From the NCBI GenBank assembly GCA_951406725.2, contig OX597822.1, positions 102,920,001 through 102,984,000 on the forward strand: DNA of 64,000 bases, given 5' to 3'. A model generated the notes under the pieces. That model was not told where the DNA came from. It worked only from the letters and a program-made list of their open reading frames with translations, and did not search any database. This document shows positions 1-12,651 of the stretch, in pieces (position 1 is the first letter of the stretch; the number at the start of each line of letters is the position of its first letter). The translations under genes were made by a program, and so were the position numbers. Source of the DNA: Octopus vulgaris. Lineage: Eukaryota.

Positions 1-1073
1 TATTATTATTATTATTTATTTTGTTGTTTAACTTGTTTCAAGAATTAAGACTCTGATCAAGCTGGAGTTCAGTCTTGAAGGGGTTTTATGTTGAACATAT
101 TAACCCTCAGGCCAACCAAAACCTTGTGAGTGGATTTGGTAGATGGATAGAAATTGGAAGAAGCCTGCCATATGTGTGTGTGTGTATATATATACACATG
201 CACACATGCAGTCACACACACACACATACTGTGTGTCTTTGTCTTGATTATTGTGTGATAGTTGTAAATGAGTGTCACTGTCATACAAGCAGTGTCATTA
301 ATTTCCAATATTCTGTGAGAACATAGGGAAATATTATATTCTGGACATGGGGAAATTTTATCTTGCCTGGAAACTAGTGAGGGTTGGTGACAGGAAGGGC
401 ATCTGGCTGTAGAAAATCTGCCTCAATAAACTGTCCAGCTCAAACTAGTATCGAAAAGTGGATGTTAAAATGCTGACGATGATGATGATGATGGTGATAA
501 TCTGCTACTCTTGATCAAAATCTTTTGAAACAAACTGCATTTGCATTTAGATTCCTTAACTTTTGAAACCGTTGTTTCTGTTCTAAAAGTTATTTAGACT
601 TAGAGTTATAAGGATACCAAATTCTTTCGCGTAAAATAAGCCAAGTCTCTGTTGCATGATTATTTTTACTGAGAATTTTGATGCTGGAACCCCAACTGAC
701 TTGCTTTTGATTACTGATACTTCAAAGATGGAAGGGCATTGCCGATATCACATGAAGGATTTTCCAGAGCAGAGGAATGGGGGCAAAGAATGACGCCGCT
801 ACAGTTAGTTGAGGAATTATATGTGAAGTATTTTGCCAGAACACATGGAGAGAAAAGAAGTCCCTCAGAACTACTTGTCATGTTTGGTTTTGAATTCAAG
901 AGAAGAAAAAAAAATTAGGTAATAGCATTTTAAAGTGATGCAAAGTTATGATGTTTATACCATTCCCAAGATAAGGTGAAATGAATAAAATGAAGAAGTT
1001 TTAAATTGTCTTTCAATATTTAGTTGCAAACTCATTTTCCAAATATCTTATTGCTATATTACATACCATACTA

Positions 1074-1492
1074 ACCTGTTTCTTTATTACCCACAAGGGG
1101 CTAAACATAGAGGGGACAAACAAGGACAGACAAACGGATTAAGTCGATTATATCGACCCCAGTGTGTAACTGGTACTTATTTAATCGACCCCGAAAGGAT
1201 GAAAAGCAAAGTCGACCTCGGCGGAATTTGAACTCAGAACGTAGCGGCAGTCGAAATACCTGTTTCTTTATTACCCACAAGGGGCTAAACACAGAGGGGA
1301 CAGACAAGGACAGACAAACGGATTAAGTCGATTATATCGACTCCAATGCGTAACTGGTATTTATTTAATCAACCCCGAAAGGATGAAAGGCAAGGTCGAC
1401 CTCGGCGGAATTTGAACTCAGAACGTAACGGCAGACGAAATACTGCAAAGCATTTCACCCGGTGTGCTAACGTTTCTGTCAGCTTGCTGCCT
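1074..1492 (-). mobile_element. tRNA-derived SINE family A (Meta-like central domain), dimeric copy; other dimers at 4490-4903 and 19713-20090
   Basis: Minus strand shows an A box (TGGCAGAAACG-like), a B box (GAGTTCAAATTCC) and GCCTTTCATCCTTTCGGGGTCGAT; the body is present twice. Confidence 0.85.
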
Positions 1493-2921
1493 TTTATGAT
1501 ACTAACCTATTATAAGAATAATTGTAACAGCAGCAACATTAATTCTAACAAAAATGACAATGACAATGTTTACTTCCTTGTGTACAAGACCAGTTGTGCA
1601 AGGTTGGTTCTATAGAAAGCTAAATCTACTATTATAAAAGGGTGGGGAAACCTTTTTCTATGTTACCAGGCTATATGAAGTTAATTGCCATCTGATAAGG
1701 CAGTATTTTTTTTCTAAAAAGATAATTATACTGCAAAACCTGTTATTTCATACTCTTTTATTCTGTTCAGTTATTGAACCATGGCCATGCTGGGGCACTT
1801 CCTTGAAATATTTAGTTGAATAAATTGGTCCCAGTTCTTGTTTTAAGTCTGGTACTTATCCTATCAGTCCCTTTTGCTGAACCACTAAGTTTACACACAC
1901 ACACACACACACACACAGACAGATAGACAGACATGCACACACACACACACATACACGCCTTCTTCCGTTTTCTGTCAACCAAATCTTCTCATAAGACTTG
2001 GGTCAATCTGGGGCTTTTGTAGGAGACACTTGTGCAAGATGCTACATAGTGGGACAGAACCCCAAACCACATGGTTGGGAACCAATCTTCTTAATCTTGC
2101 CTGCTTTCAATAATTATTTCTGTGTTAGGCACAAGACCTCAACTTTTTCAAAGGGTGGGGATATAATCAACCATATTAACCCAGGGAATTGACTGCAGTT
2201 TGTTTTAGTGACCCCTGACAGATGAAATACAAAATTGATTTCTGTTGAATTTGAACTCAGAACACAAAGGAATGCTGCTAAATACTACAAAGCATTCTGC
2301 TAGCTGTTCTACTAATTCTGCCAATTCAACAACCCTTTATTACTCACGATAACAATAACAAGAATTGATTTATGCTAATGACAATGCGATAATATAAGCT
2401 GTATTACTGATGATTGTAATTTTGTAAAACCTTTAACAAATAGCTACTGGAAAATGGAGCCTCAAACATATCTGCCTGATGTTTGCTTAATCTATTTTTC
2501 ATCTATATTCAGAAATAATTAACACTAATGTATTACCTGGATTAGAAGAAAAATCTATTTGTTTAAAGTTGAATCATAATGGTTTGTTGTATCCACTCCC
2601 TCTTACTAATACTAGCAAGTATTATGGTAGCGGATGACTAAAGTTAGTTCTTGTTAACAGCTGATGGAAATATGTGCTTTCTGACTAGTTTCCCACTGTT
2701 TACTTAGGTGGGTGTAGGCATAGCTGCTTGGCATAGTAGCTTGTTTCGCTATTACATTGTTTTAGGTTTGATCCAAATGTATGACATTTTGGACAATTGT
2801 CTTGCTGTTATAACTTCAGCCAGACCCAAAGCTTTTCAAGTGAAATTTGGGCAGCAGAAATTGTATGAAAACCCTTCAGAAGAAATGTTCCTGTTCTTGT
2901 GGATACACTTAATCTCTTGTA

Positions 2922-3136
2922 AGGCGGCGAGCTGACAGAAACGTTAGGGCGCCGGGCGAAATGCCGTTACGTTCTGAGTTCAAATTCCGCCGAGGTCGAC
3001 TTTGCCTTTCATCCTTTTGGGATCGATAAATTAAGTGCCAGTTACGCACTGGGGTCGATATAATCGACTTAATCCGTTTGTCTGTCCTTGTTTGTCCCCT
3101 CTGTGTTTAGCCCCTGGTGGGCAATAAAGAAATAAG
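2922..3136 (+). mobile_element. SINE family A monomer with 15-bp TSD; further copies near 8046-8279(-), 9797-10031(-), 16667-16895(-), 28910-29125(-)
   Basis: acttaatctcttgta is duplicated at 2907-2921 and 3137-3151; Pol III boxes present. Confidence 0.88.
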
Positions 3137-4382
3137 ACTTAATCTCTTGTATGATTTAGCACAACTGCTTGTTTGAAGCTTTTCAGCCACATCTCCAGTC
3201 AGACTCAGGTGTACCAGGCATGTACTGAGATCAATATAATCAATAAAATATCTCCTTTCAAAATTGCTGGCATTGTGCCTAAATCATAGCAATTATTTTA
3301 AAATTATGCATAAATACTTCTATTCACTTAATTCATGACTTTTTGTTAAGAAAAATAAGAAAATTTAAACTAAATTTTATTATTTTGTATGATTTAGTAT
3401 TATCATTAGTATTATCATCTTCATCATCATTTAATGTCTGTCTTCCATGCTGACACGGGTTGAACTGTTCAAGAAATCAGCACACTTTATTGAACCTCAG
3501 TGACTACTTTAGTTGGTGTCTTTAGCTGGATGCCTTTCCTGTTGCCAACCCCTCTACAGAGAGTACTGGTCACTTTGTAGCTCAGAAGACTCAAGATACA
3601 CCTTGACTGAGAGGGACTAGGGTAGAGAGGGAAACAACTTTATGCTAGATGTTGAGATTCTAAATTATGACAGAGGGACAGGAACAGATGCCTTGCTGTA
3701 GAGGAGATATATAGTTACCCTACATCATATAAGGGTGGGAATAACTGGTGTGGAATTGAGAAGAGCAACATGCCACCTGGTCCAGAAATTGAACTCACAA
3801 TCTGACCACTAGACCATGTGCCTTCCACACGCACACATGCACACACACATACACACACTCACACTCACTCTACTTTCAGTTTCTATCTATGAAATCCACT
3901 CACAAGGTTTTGGTCTACTTGGGGCTTTAGTAGAAGACACTTGCCAAGGTACCATACAGTGGGACTAAATCCCAAACCCTATGGTTGGGAAGCAAACCGT
4001 TTTTCTACACCTCCACACTTATAACTGAAACAAAAAAGAAACATCATAAACTTATCGTAAATATAATATCATTTGCAGTTAATTGTTAGTTGTTATGATA
4101 CATTCTCATGACATTTCACATATGTTAACATTTCGAGTGTCACAGCTCACTTTTAGTCTGTAAGACCAACAACTTAGACAACTTACTCACCGTTACTGCG
4201 AACACCAAACCAATTTCGGGTGGGTGTTGCTGGTTTATTATTTTAGTATATTTGGTTAGATTATTTTCAATCTCCTAAACTGCTTGTTCTAAATTTATTT
4301 CACATTTCTTACATTATTTATAAATATAGTCTACTGATATTTAAACATATACTTTCCATTTTTTTCTCTTTTTTTTCATAAA

Positions 4383-4385
4383 ATG
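4383..4385 (+). CDS. Candidate annexin start codon at the end of a 5'UTR exon (AAAATG|gtaata)
   Basis: The 9414 exon starts in phase 0 with no Met, so an upstream ATG exon is required. Here AAAATG is followed directly by a GT donor, after about 300 bp of repeat-free sequence. Not unique proof. Confidence 0.45.
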
Positions 4386-6928
4386 GTAATATGGCATTAG
4401 TTTAGATAGTTTTCAGCTGACATTGTCTCAGAAATGGCTGGAATTGGCACTCACTTCAATAGCACTTACTCAGGTGTTTACCTTATATATTTCTTTATTG
4501 CCCACAAGGGGCTAAACACAGAGGGGACAAACAAGGACACACAAAGGGATTAAGTCGATTAGATCGACCCCAGTGCGTAACTGGTACTTTATTTATCGAC
4601 CCCGAAAGGATGAAAGGCAAAGTCGACCTCGGCGGAATTTGAACTTGGAATGTAACGGCAGACGAAATACCTATTTCTTTTATTACCCACAAGGGCTAAA
4701 CACAGAGGCAACAAACAAGGACAGACATAGGTATTAAGTCGATTACATCGACCCCAGTTCGTAACTGGTACTTAATTTATCGACCCCGAAAGGATGAAAG
4801 GCAAAGTCGACCTCGGCGGAATTTGAACTCGGAACGTAGCAGCAGACGAAATACCGCTAAGCATTTCGTCCGGCGTGCTAACGTTTCTGCCAGCTCGCCA
4901 CCTTTGCAAGTGTTTTCCTTATAATGTTCAGTACACCCTGTTTTAGTATCTATGGTGTGCCTTTAGTTTTCTGCCAAAGTAACTAGAAGACTAACTTTTC
5001 CTTTTTTTAATGTCCTTAACCTTTCATGATCATATTTACATTCAGGTCAGGTATAGGGTGGAGCATACACTGTAGCAGCACATCACAGCATCCACCATTT
5101 GTTGGTGATGCCTTATTCCCAGTGGATGACAGACACCTTTGCGCCACTCAGGTGGTATTCCCTCCAACCCATGAGTGTTTGGGTAGTCACTGTTGGTGGG
5201 AGTTTTGCAAGGCTGAAATTCAAATCCTACCGAAACCTTTTTTAATCACCATTTATGACACAGAGGAAATGTTGGGTCTATTCTTTGCCATGTTGGCCCC
5301 CATGCAGGATATATTTTTACTGAAATACCCTATTTTTATTTTGTTTTGGGATTTGGTTTGCAAGATTCTTTATATGAGTTTGTGTGTTGAAGCATATTCT
5401 GTTGTGTCTGGGGAGAGTCATTTTCTTTTTGCGCCTTATTATTTAACACACTCACCTGTAAAATTTTAGGACAATAAAAATAAGAAATAAGTGGAAATTT
5501 TACCAGTGAGTGTGTTAATAAGGCACAAAAAGAAAATGACTCTCCCCAGACACAGCTCTATTTTTAATTAAGGTGAAAATAATCAAGAATTTTATACTCA
5601 ACAATTTAGTTGAATTAGATTGGGTGATTCATCATAAGAATGACTAGTCAATGCAACTCACGTTGTTTTCAGAACAGTGACTTTGTTATTTTAAAGATAC
5701 CATTTGTGGAATACCAAAAGTTGGCATTTTTGTGTGATAGAATCAGAGATGCTATCAGGCAGGTTGATACCAGGAGGGTTAAAGGTGGGGTGGCAAGCTG
5801 TACAATAATGTTTGGATGGTTTGTGTCATACCAGTTTCAGTAATTTTACATCAGTAATATTTTGGTTATCTTCATGTTTATTACATACAGATTTGCATCT
5901 ATAATTTTCCAACCATTTCAGATACCGTCATCATTTGCAGTATTTCAAATCTTCACCATTTTGAGTACTTAACCGTTTTACTGCAGAAATTAGGTATATC
6001 CACTCAAAATTTCATTTCCTTTAACTATGGAAAGCAGTTAAGGGTATATCAGTCTACCTTTTGTTGAGGAATATCATATTTGAAACTATTTTTTGTTGAG
6101 ATATGTCAAGTTTATTGAGGCAACAAGACTCACAGGAAATGTTAATTCCATTTGTTGGTAGATATTTAATATAATTACTGGAATAACCACAAAATTTAAT
6201 TTTACAGTTACAGGGTTAAAATTGCCACAGAAAATTTAGTCCTCTGATTAAGAAGATTGTCTTTCTCGCTTAATTAGAAAATTATATTTAATTAATGCAG
6301 GTGTTTTAATTATTTAATATCATCATTAAAATTTCAAAAGGTTGTCTGCAAGACTTCGTCTTTCTCCACTCTTTGTGAAAAGACATGACCCTTAAATGTT
6401 AGACTCTTCACTCCTTACAGTAATCAAACTTATTGGACATTCTAAACTCTCCAAGATCTAATTCAGTATCAGACACAAGAAAAGCAGTGGGTTGGCAGAA
6501 CTGTTAGCACACCGTGCAAAATGCTTAGTGGCAGTTCATCTGTGTTTATGTTCTGAGTTCAAATTCCGAGTTCAAATTTCAAGTAACAGTTAAGCATTGG
6601 GGTTGATGTAATCAACTTATCTCATTTCCTGAAATTAATGGCCTTGTAACAAAATTTGGACTCAATCTTTGACACAAGAAGAGCTATATCAATGGCACGT
6701 GAAAAAAACTGGAGTTTGAGATAACTGGTCACGGTTTTCACATTGTCAAAGGTTGTATAGTGAAATTTTGTGAGTTTGTAAAAGTTCATATGCCACAAAT
6801 AAGAAGAATCTGACCTTTAAGAACTGACTGTGAGAGACAAAAAAAAATTGGAGTGATGAAAGAATATAATATAGCAGTTTATATGTAATTTTCTTGAATC
6901 CCTTTATCTTCCTTCCTTACATTAACAG

Positions 6929-6937
6929 ACATCATTG
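6929..6937 (+). CDS. Candidate 9-nt annexin microexon (ACATCATTG = TSL)
   Basis: Pyrimidine tract plus acceptor (cctttatcttccttccttacattaacag), 9 nt, then donor G|gtatga. Phase 0/0 fits between the ATG and the 9414 exon. Confidence 0.45.
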
Positions 6938-8504
6938 GTATGAGTTTTTGTTTTTTTAAACTAGATTATAATACTGTATGTATCTCAGTTTTAGAATAGA
7001 TGTACTATATCTCGGCATGTTGTAAAAGATGACAAAAAGGATGATGACAGGATGGGTATGTGGATGTAAAATATTGCCTCTGAAAACTTGTCCAACTCAT
7101 GCCAGCATAAAAAAGCATACATAAAACAATGATGATATATATTTTAGAGGTGTTTTATTTCAGTTTTTTTTTTGAGCTTCTGATGTATTCATTCTTTTTA
7201 TACATGAAATGTATAGAAGGATGTAACTTCATTTCTTTTTTACATGAAGTTAGGAAGGGCATCCAGCTGTAGAAACTCTGCCAGATCAAGATTGAAGCCT
7301 GGTGCAGCCATCTGGTTTGCCAGCCCTCAGTCATTCGTCCAATCCATGCTAGCATGGAAAGCAGACGTTAAATGATGATGATGATGATGATGATGATGTG
7401 CATTATTATTAATCCTTAATAGGCAGTGAGCTGGCAGAATTGTAAGCACTCTGGGCAAAATGCATAGTGGCATTTTGTTGGTCTTTATGTTCTGAGTTCA
7501 AATTCTGCCACGGTCAATTTCCCTTCCATACTTTCAGGGTTGATAAAATAAGTACCACTTGAATACTAGGGTTGATGTAATAGATTTACTCCTTCCCTAA
7601 AAAAACTGCTGGCCTTGTGTCAAAATTTGAAACCGTTATAAATCCTTAATGGACAAGAGTGAACTAGATTAGACTGTACTTGAAAGAGCATTAGTTTAAA
7701 TATTAAAAATTATTTCTAAACACGTCGGCATCACTTTGCTTAAGTCTACCATGGTCTCTGTCCTTTGTGTCAATACAAAAACTAATTCATTCAACACAAG
7801 TAGACTGACAACATTCTTAAATTTTTAATTCACTCTAAACACCTTAAGTCACACACGGACAATCCTGTCACGTCTCACCCATCTTCGTTATTTTTTAATA
7901 TGTATCCTATTCCAAAATTCTCATTCTGATTGCTCCACCATGACTATCCTATCTTTTTTTCAGACATAGTGTATCTAGGACTACATTATCCAATGTCTCC
8001 TTTTATTAGACACTGTAATTTAAGAGTCATTTGGCTACTATTTTTTTATTTCTTTATTGCCCACTAGAGGCTAAACATAGAGGAGACAAACAAGGACAGA
8101 CAAAGGGATTAAGCCGATTACATCGACCCCAGTGCATAACAGGTACTTAATTTATCGATCCCAAAAGGATGAAAGGCAAAGTCGACCTTGGTGAAATTTG
8201 AACTCAGAACATAAAGACAGACGAAAAACTGCTAAGCATTTCGCCCAGTGCGCTAACATTTCTGCCAGGTCGCCGCCTTAAATTTGCTACTATTTGGCTA
8301 CCATTTCTAGCAAGTCATGAACTACTCATTGAATTAGTATGTGTTGCTGTTGTTACATTTCACCATTTTTCTCTGTTCTTTTGATTTTTCAATATCTGCC
8401 ATTCTTGTGTTGCATCACTCAGTCCTATTCAATAAATAATAGGATTTGATGTTTCCTCCACTATTTTTTCTGTTTTTCTCTATATTACCATTCTCCAGAT
8501 TTAA

Positions 8505-8725
8505 CCCTTTCATTACTGTATTTATTTTGAGATGCTCTGAGTTTCTTTCAATTATTTTAACTATAACAAATAATTTAGTAAATTAACTTCGTTATCATTA
8601 AACTAGTGTTAGGAACATAAATTTTAAATAAGATTTGGTGGAAGATTTGAATTCAAAACTTATGAAAGTAAGACATTTATACTAAAGAGCCGGAGCCAGT
8701 TTCAGCTGGGTTGGTAACGAAAGGG
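8505..8725. mobile_element. piggyBac-like MITE; relatives at 32200-33110 (split by an RTE), 54120-55496 (several, split by SINEs) and a second family at 25694-25914
   Basis: TTAA|CCCTTTCATTAC ... GTAACGAAAGGG|TTAA: TTAA TSD with CCC-starting TIRs. Confidence 0.85.
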
Positions 8726-8747
8726 TTAAACCATTTTTTATCCCTGA

Positions 8748-9143
8748 CTAGCAGTATCGCCCGGCGTTGCTCGGGTTTGTAAGGGAAATAACTATATAAG
8801 CATTTTTAGAGATGTAAAGTATAATAGCCATCTCAATATGGCTAACCACAAAGGGGGGATGTTACTGTAGCTTTTTACGTTCTGAGATTTAATAATAAAT
8901 TTTTAGAGAGTTACTTCCCTTATATATGCCAAAAATGCATTAAAAATGGGGAAAATTGATGGTAAATTTTTTTTTAAATCGTAGACTCATCGTAGATGCG
9001 CGCTAATACTCAGAAGGGCTCGATATGAATCACAACTATAAGATACCCGGTTTTGGTTAAACTGCACCGCAAAATGTGGGAGTAGTTAGGAATCTAAATC
9101 GTAGGAGACAGACAGCACACAACCTCTCTTTTATATATAAAGA
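8748..9143 (-). mobile_element. Non-autonomous Helitron (internal type 1)
   Basis: Minus strand A|TC-TTTATATATAA ... hairpin CCCGAGCAACGCCGGG ... CTAG|T; inserted at AT with no TSD. Confidence 0.85.
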
Positions 9144-9413
9144 TTAACCCATTGCACTTGTCATGGCATTCACAATATTTACACTATACTTTGAGTGCAG
9201 CATGTCAAGATGATTGAACTACTGTCCACTCTAATTAATTTCACTAATTCAGGAAAGAATATTTTCTAGTTTCCTAATTATTCACATTTACCATGAGTCA
9301 TTGTTTTTGTAACCTGCTTAATCCAGTTAAATCTCACTGGAAATTAAATCAACTTATTAAAAGATTAACACCTTTCATTTTCTTTTCTTTTCTTCTTTTT
9401 CTCCCCATGACAG

Positions 9414-9489
9414 GCTACTGTTGTTCCAGCCCCCGATTTCAATGCTGAAACTGCTGCCGAAGGACTCCGAAAAGCCATGAAAGGCTTTG
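9414..9489 (+). CDS. Annexin exon: ATVVPAPDFNAETAAEGLRKAMKGF(G)
   Basis: Long pyrimidine tract and cag acceptor; gtaagt donor; 76 nt; start of repeat I. Confidence 0.93.
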
Positions 9490-11060
9490 GTAAGTCATTT
9501 GCATTTTAAACTTTTAGTGACTGCTACCATAGAAGTCTCACCAGGTTGATGAGGAAGGTGGCTAGAAGCCCAACAGGAAAAAAAAAACAAGACTTGTTAA
9601 AAAGGACAGACGGACTTAGTCTACAGTCAACAACCATCTCGCACTAGTATGCTCGGACATAGAAATGTTCAAGATTATGCATGAATGCATAATAAACTTT
9701 ATCTGGGAGCTGTGAACCCTTAGTTCTTGTCATTCATGTTTTATTTGAATTCGGTTTGCATCTGTACTAGAATCTGATGGCTGTTAGTGACACCAACCTA
9801 TTTCTTTACTACCCACAAGGGGCTAAACATAGAGGGGACAAACAAGGACAGACAAACGGATTAAGTCGATTACATCGACCCCAGTGCGTAACTGGTACTT
9901 AATTTATCGACCCCGAAAGGATGAAAGGCAAAGTCGACCTCGGCGGAATTTGAACCTAGAACGTAACGGCAGATGAAATACGGCTATGCATTTCACCCGG
10001 TGTGCTAATGTTTCTGACAACTCGCCACCTTAGTGACATCTACCTGTGTTTGCAGGTGTCCTGTGACAATTTGGAGTAAAGCTGATCATTGTGTTACCTT
10101 CTGTAGTTTAGGTGGTTCCTTTTAGCTTTATAAAAATCATAGTGATTAGAATATTTGACTTGACAGGATTATGGTTTCTGTTGTGAAATCACTCAAGAAA
10201 AACTCCTATAAACCTTAGAACAGATCTGCTACACCTGCAGGATGCAAACTAAAACATTTAATAGTTATGATTACTATTAAGTGAAAGTCAGGGTTTGGAA
10301 TTCCATGGAAGTGGAGTGACTGAATATTATTTATCTGAGATGCTAAGAATATTAACTGCTCCAATGTATTCTATCAATTACCTTTGTACCATAGTGTTAA
10401 CATCAGCAAACTCTGATCATTTCTGATAAGATAATCATCTGATAAAGTTATCTTACATTAGCATTCATGAAAAACTAAGCAACAAGATTGAAAACTTGCT
10501 TAAATATCATTTGCATAATTTGCATCTCTGTCCTCTCCTGGTAGATACTTGTATCTCTCTTACATCGTTCTGTACTCTTCTGTTAGTTTTCTTTTTTTTT
10601 CTAACATATATCTTGCTCATGAAACCTCAAAACCTTTTGCTAGTCTGTGCAGTTTTCCCAAAGGATCTTGAAACAGTATTTTTGTCATTCAACAGTGCCA
10701 AATGCCAATAAAACGAAATGACAACCTTCTACTTTCTTTATTCATACATTATAATATTGTTTCATCTTGCTAGACTTAACAGTCAAGCATACACTCATGG
10801 ATGATGGAAAGTGAACTTTTTAACCATGCAGCTAATTTTGGGATCTCCTCTTCCTCTGCTCACAAAAAAAAAAAAGGAAATACATGCAAAATGTCAACAG
10901 ATATAGGCACAGGAGTGGCTGTGTGGTAAGTAGCTTGCTTACCAACCACATAGTTCTGGGTTCAGTCCCACTTCATGGCACCTTGGACAAGTGTCTTCTA
11001 CTATAGCCTTGTGAGTGGATTTGGTAGACGGAAACTCAAAAGAAGCCCATTGTATATATG

Positions 11061-11105
<45 letters not shown>

Positions 11106-12186
11106 ATGTATGTTGTCCCCCTAGCATTGCTTGACAACCGATGCTGGTGTTTTTACGTCCCTGTAACTTAGCGGTTTGGCAAAAGAGACCAATAGAATAA
11201 ATACTGGGCTTACAAAATATAAGTCCTGGGGTCGATTTTCTCGACTAAAGGCAGTGCTCCAGCATGGCCACAGTCAAAATGACTGAAACAAGTAAAAGAG
11301 TAAAAGGAGCAGTATACAAGAACACATTACTACAGATTACAGCATCTAAAATAGATGTGTCACTTGTGACTAGTGATTACAGAATCCCCTCCTAAAATAG
11401 AGTCACGCACCTTCACTGATGACTACAGAATCTGTCCTCTGAGCATCAGGAGATAGAATTGCAGCTTGTGCCTGTTGACTACTGTATCAACCCCACTCTG
11501 AGCACCTAAAACAGACACGAGCAGCTGCACCCAATAACTACAGGACCCACGCTTGGCTTCTAAAATAGACTCACCCACCTGCAGTTGGTGACTTGTCTGT
11601 TTACATTCAGAGACTTTCTTGCTGGCAGTTTTGCTAAAACTGCAACTGCAAAAAATGCAGTATCCCTAGATTTTCAACTGAGATGTCTACTTTACATTTA
11701 AATGTAAAGTAGACATCTCAGTTGAAAATCTAGGGATACACATTTAAAAAGTAAGGAAATGATTTTACTCACACACACACATTTATATAAACATGCATAG
11801 ATATATATAAATATATAATCCGAATCGTGACCGATGCCAGCGCCGCCTCGACTGGCTTCCGTGCCGGTGGCACGTAAAATGCACCAATCCGACCGTGGCC
11901 GTTGCCAACCTCGCCTGGCACCTGTGCAGGTGGCATGTAAAAAGCACCCACTACACTCACGGAGTGGTTGGCATTAGGAAGGGCATCCAGCTGTAGAAAC
12001 ATTGCCAGATAAGACTGGAGCCTAGTGCAGCCTTCTGGCTTCCCAGATCCCCGGTCGAACCGTCCAACCCATGCTAGCATGGAGAACGGATGTTAAACGA
12101 TGATGATGATGATAATAGCGATGTCATATTTTATAATTAATAAATAAGTTTTGTTAATTACCTCACCATTTTCTTCTTATTCTTTA

Positions 12187-12217
<31 letters not shown>

Positions 12218-12603
12218 CATCATCATCATCGTTTAACGTCTGCTTTCCATGCTAGCATGGGTTGGACGATTTTGACTGAGGGCTGGCGAACCAGATGGAT
12301 GCACCAGGCTCCAGTCTTGATCTGGCAGAGTTTCTACTGCTGACTGCCCTTCCTGACACTAACCACTCCGAGAGTGTAGTGGGTGCTTTTTACATGCCAC
12401 TGGCATGGGGGCCAGTCAGGTGGTACTGGCAATGACCTCGCTCGAATCTTTTTACAAATGCCACCAGCACAGGTGCCAAGTATTTAAATGCATCAAATGA
12501 AATTACTGTTTCTAGATATCTTTCAAAAAAAAAAAGAAAAAAAAAGAAAAGAAAAATGTTTTACTTCTGAGGTGTGAGTGTGTGTATGTTTTCTTAACAG
12601 AAG

Positions 12604-12651
<48 letters not shown>

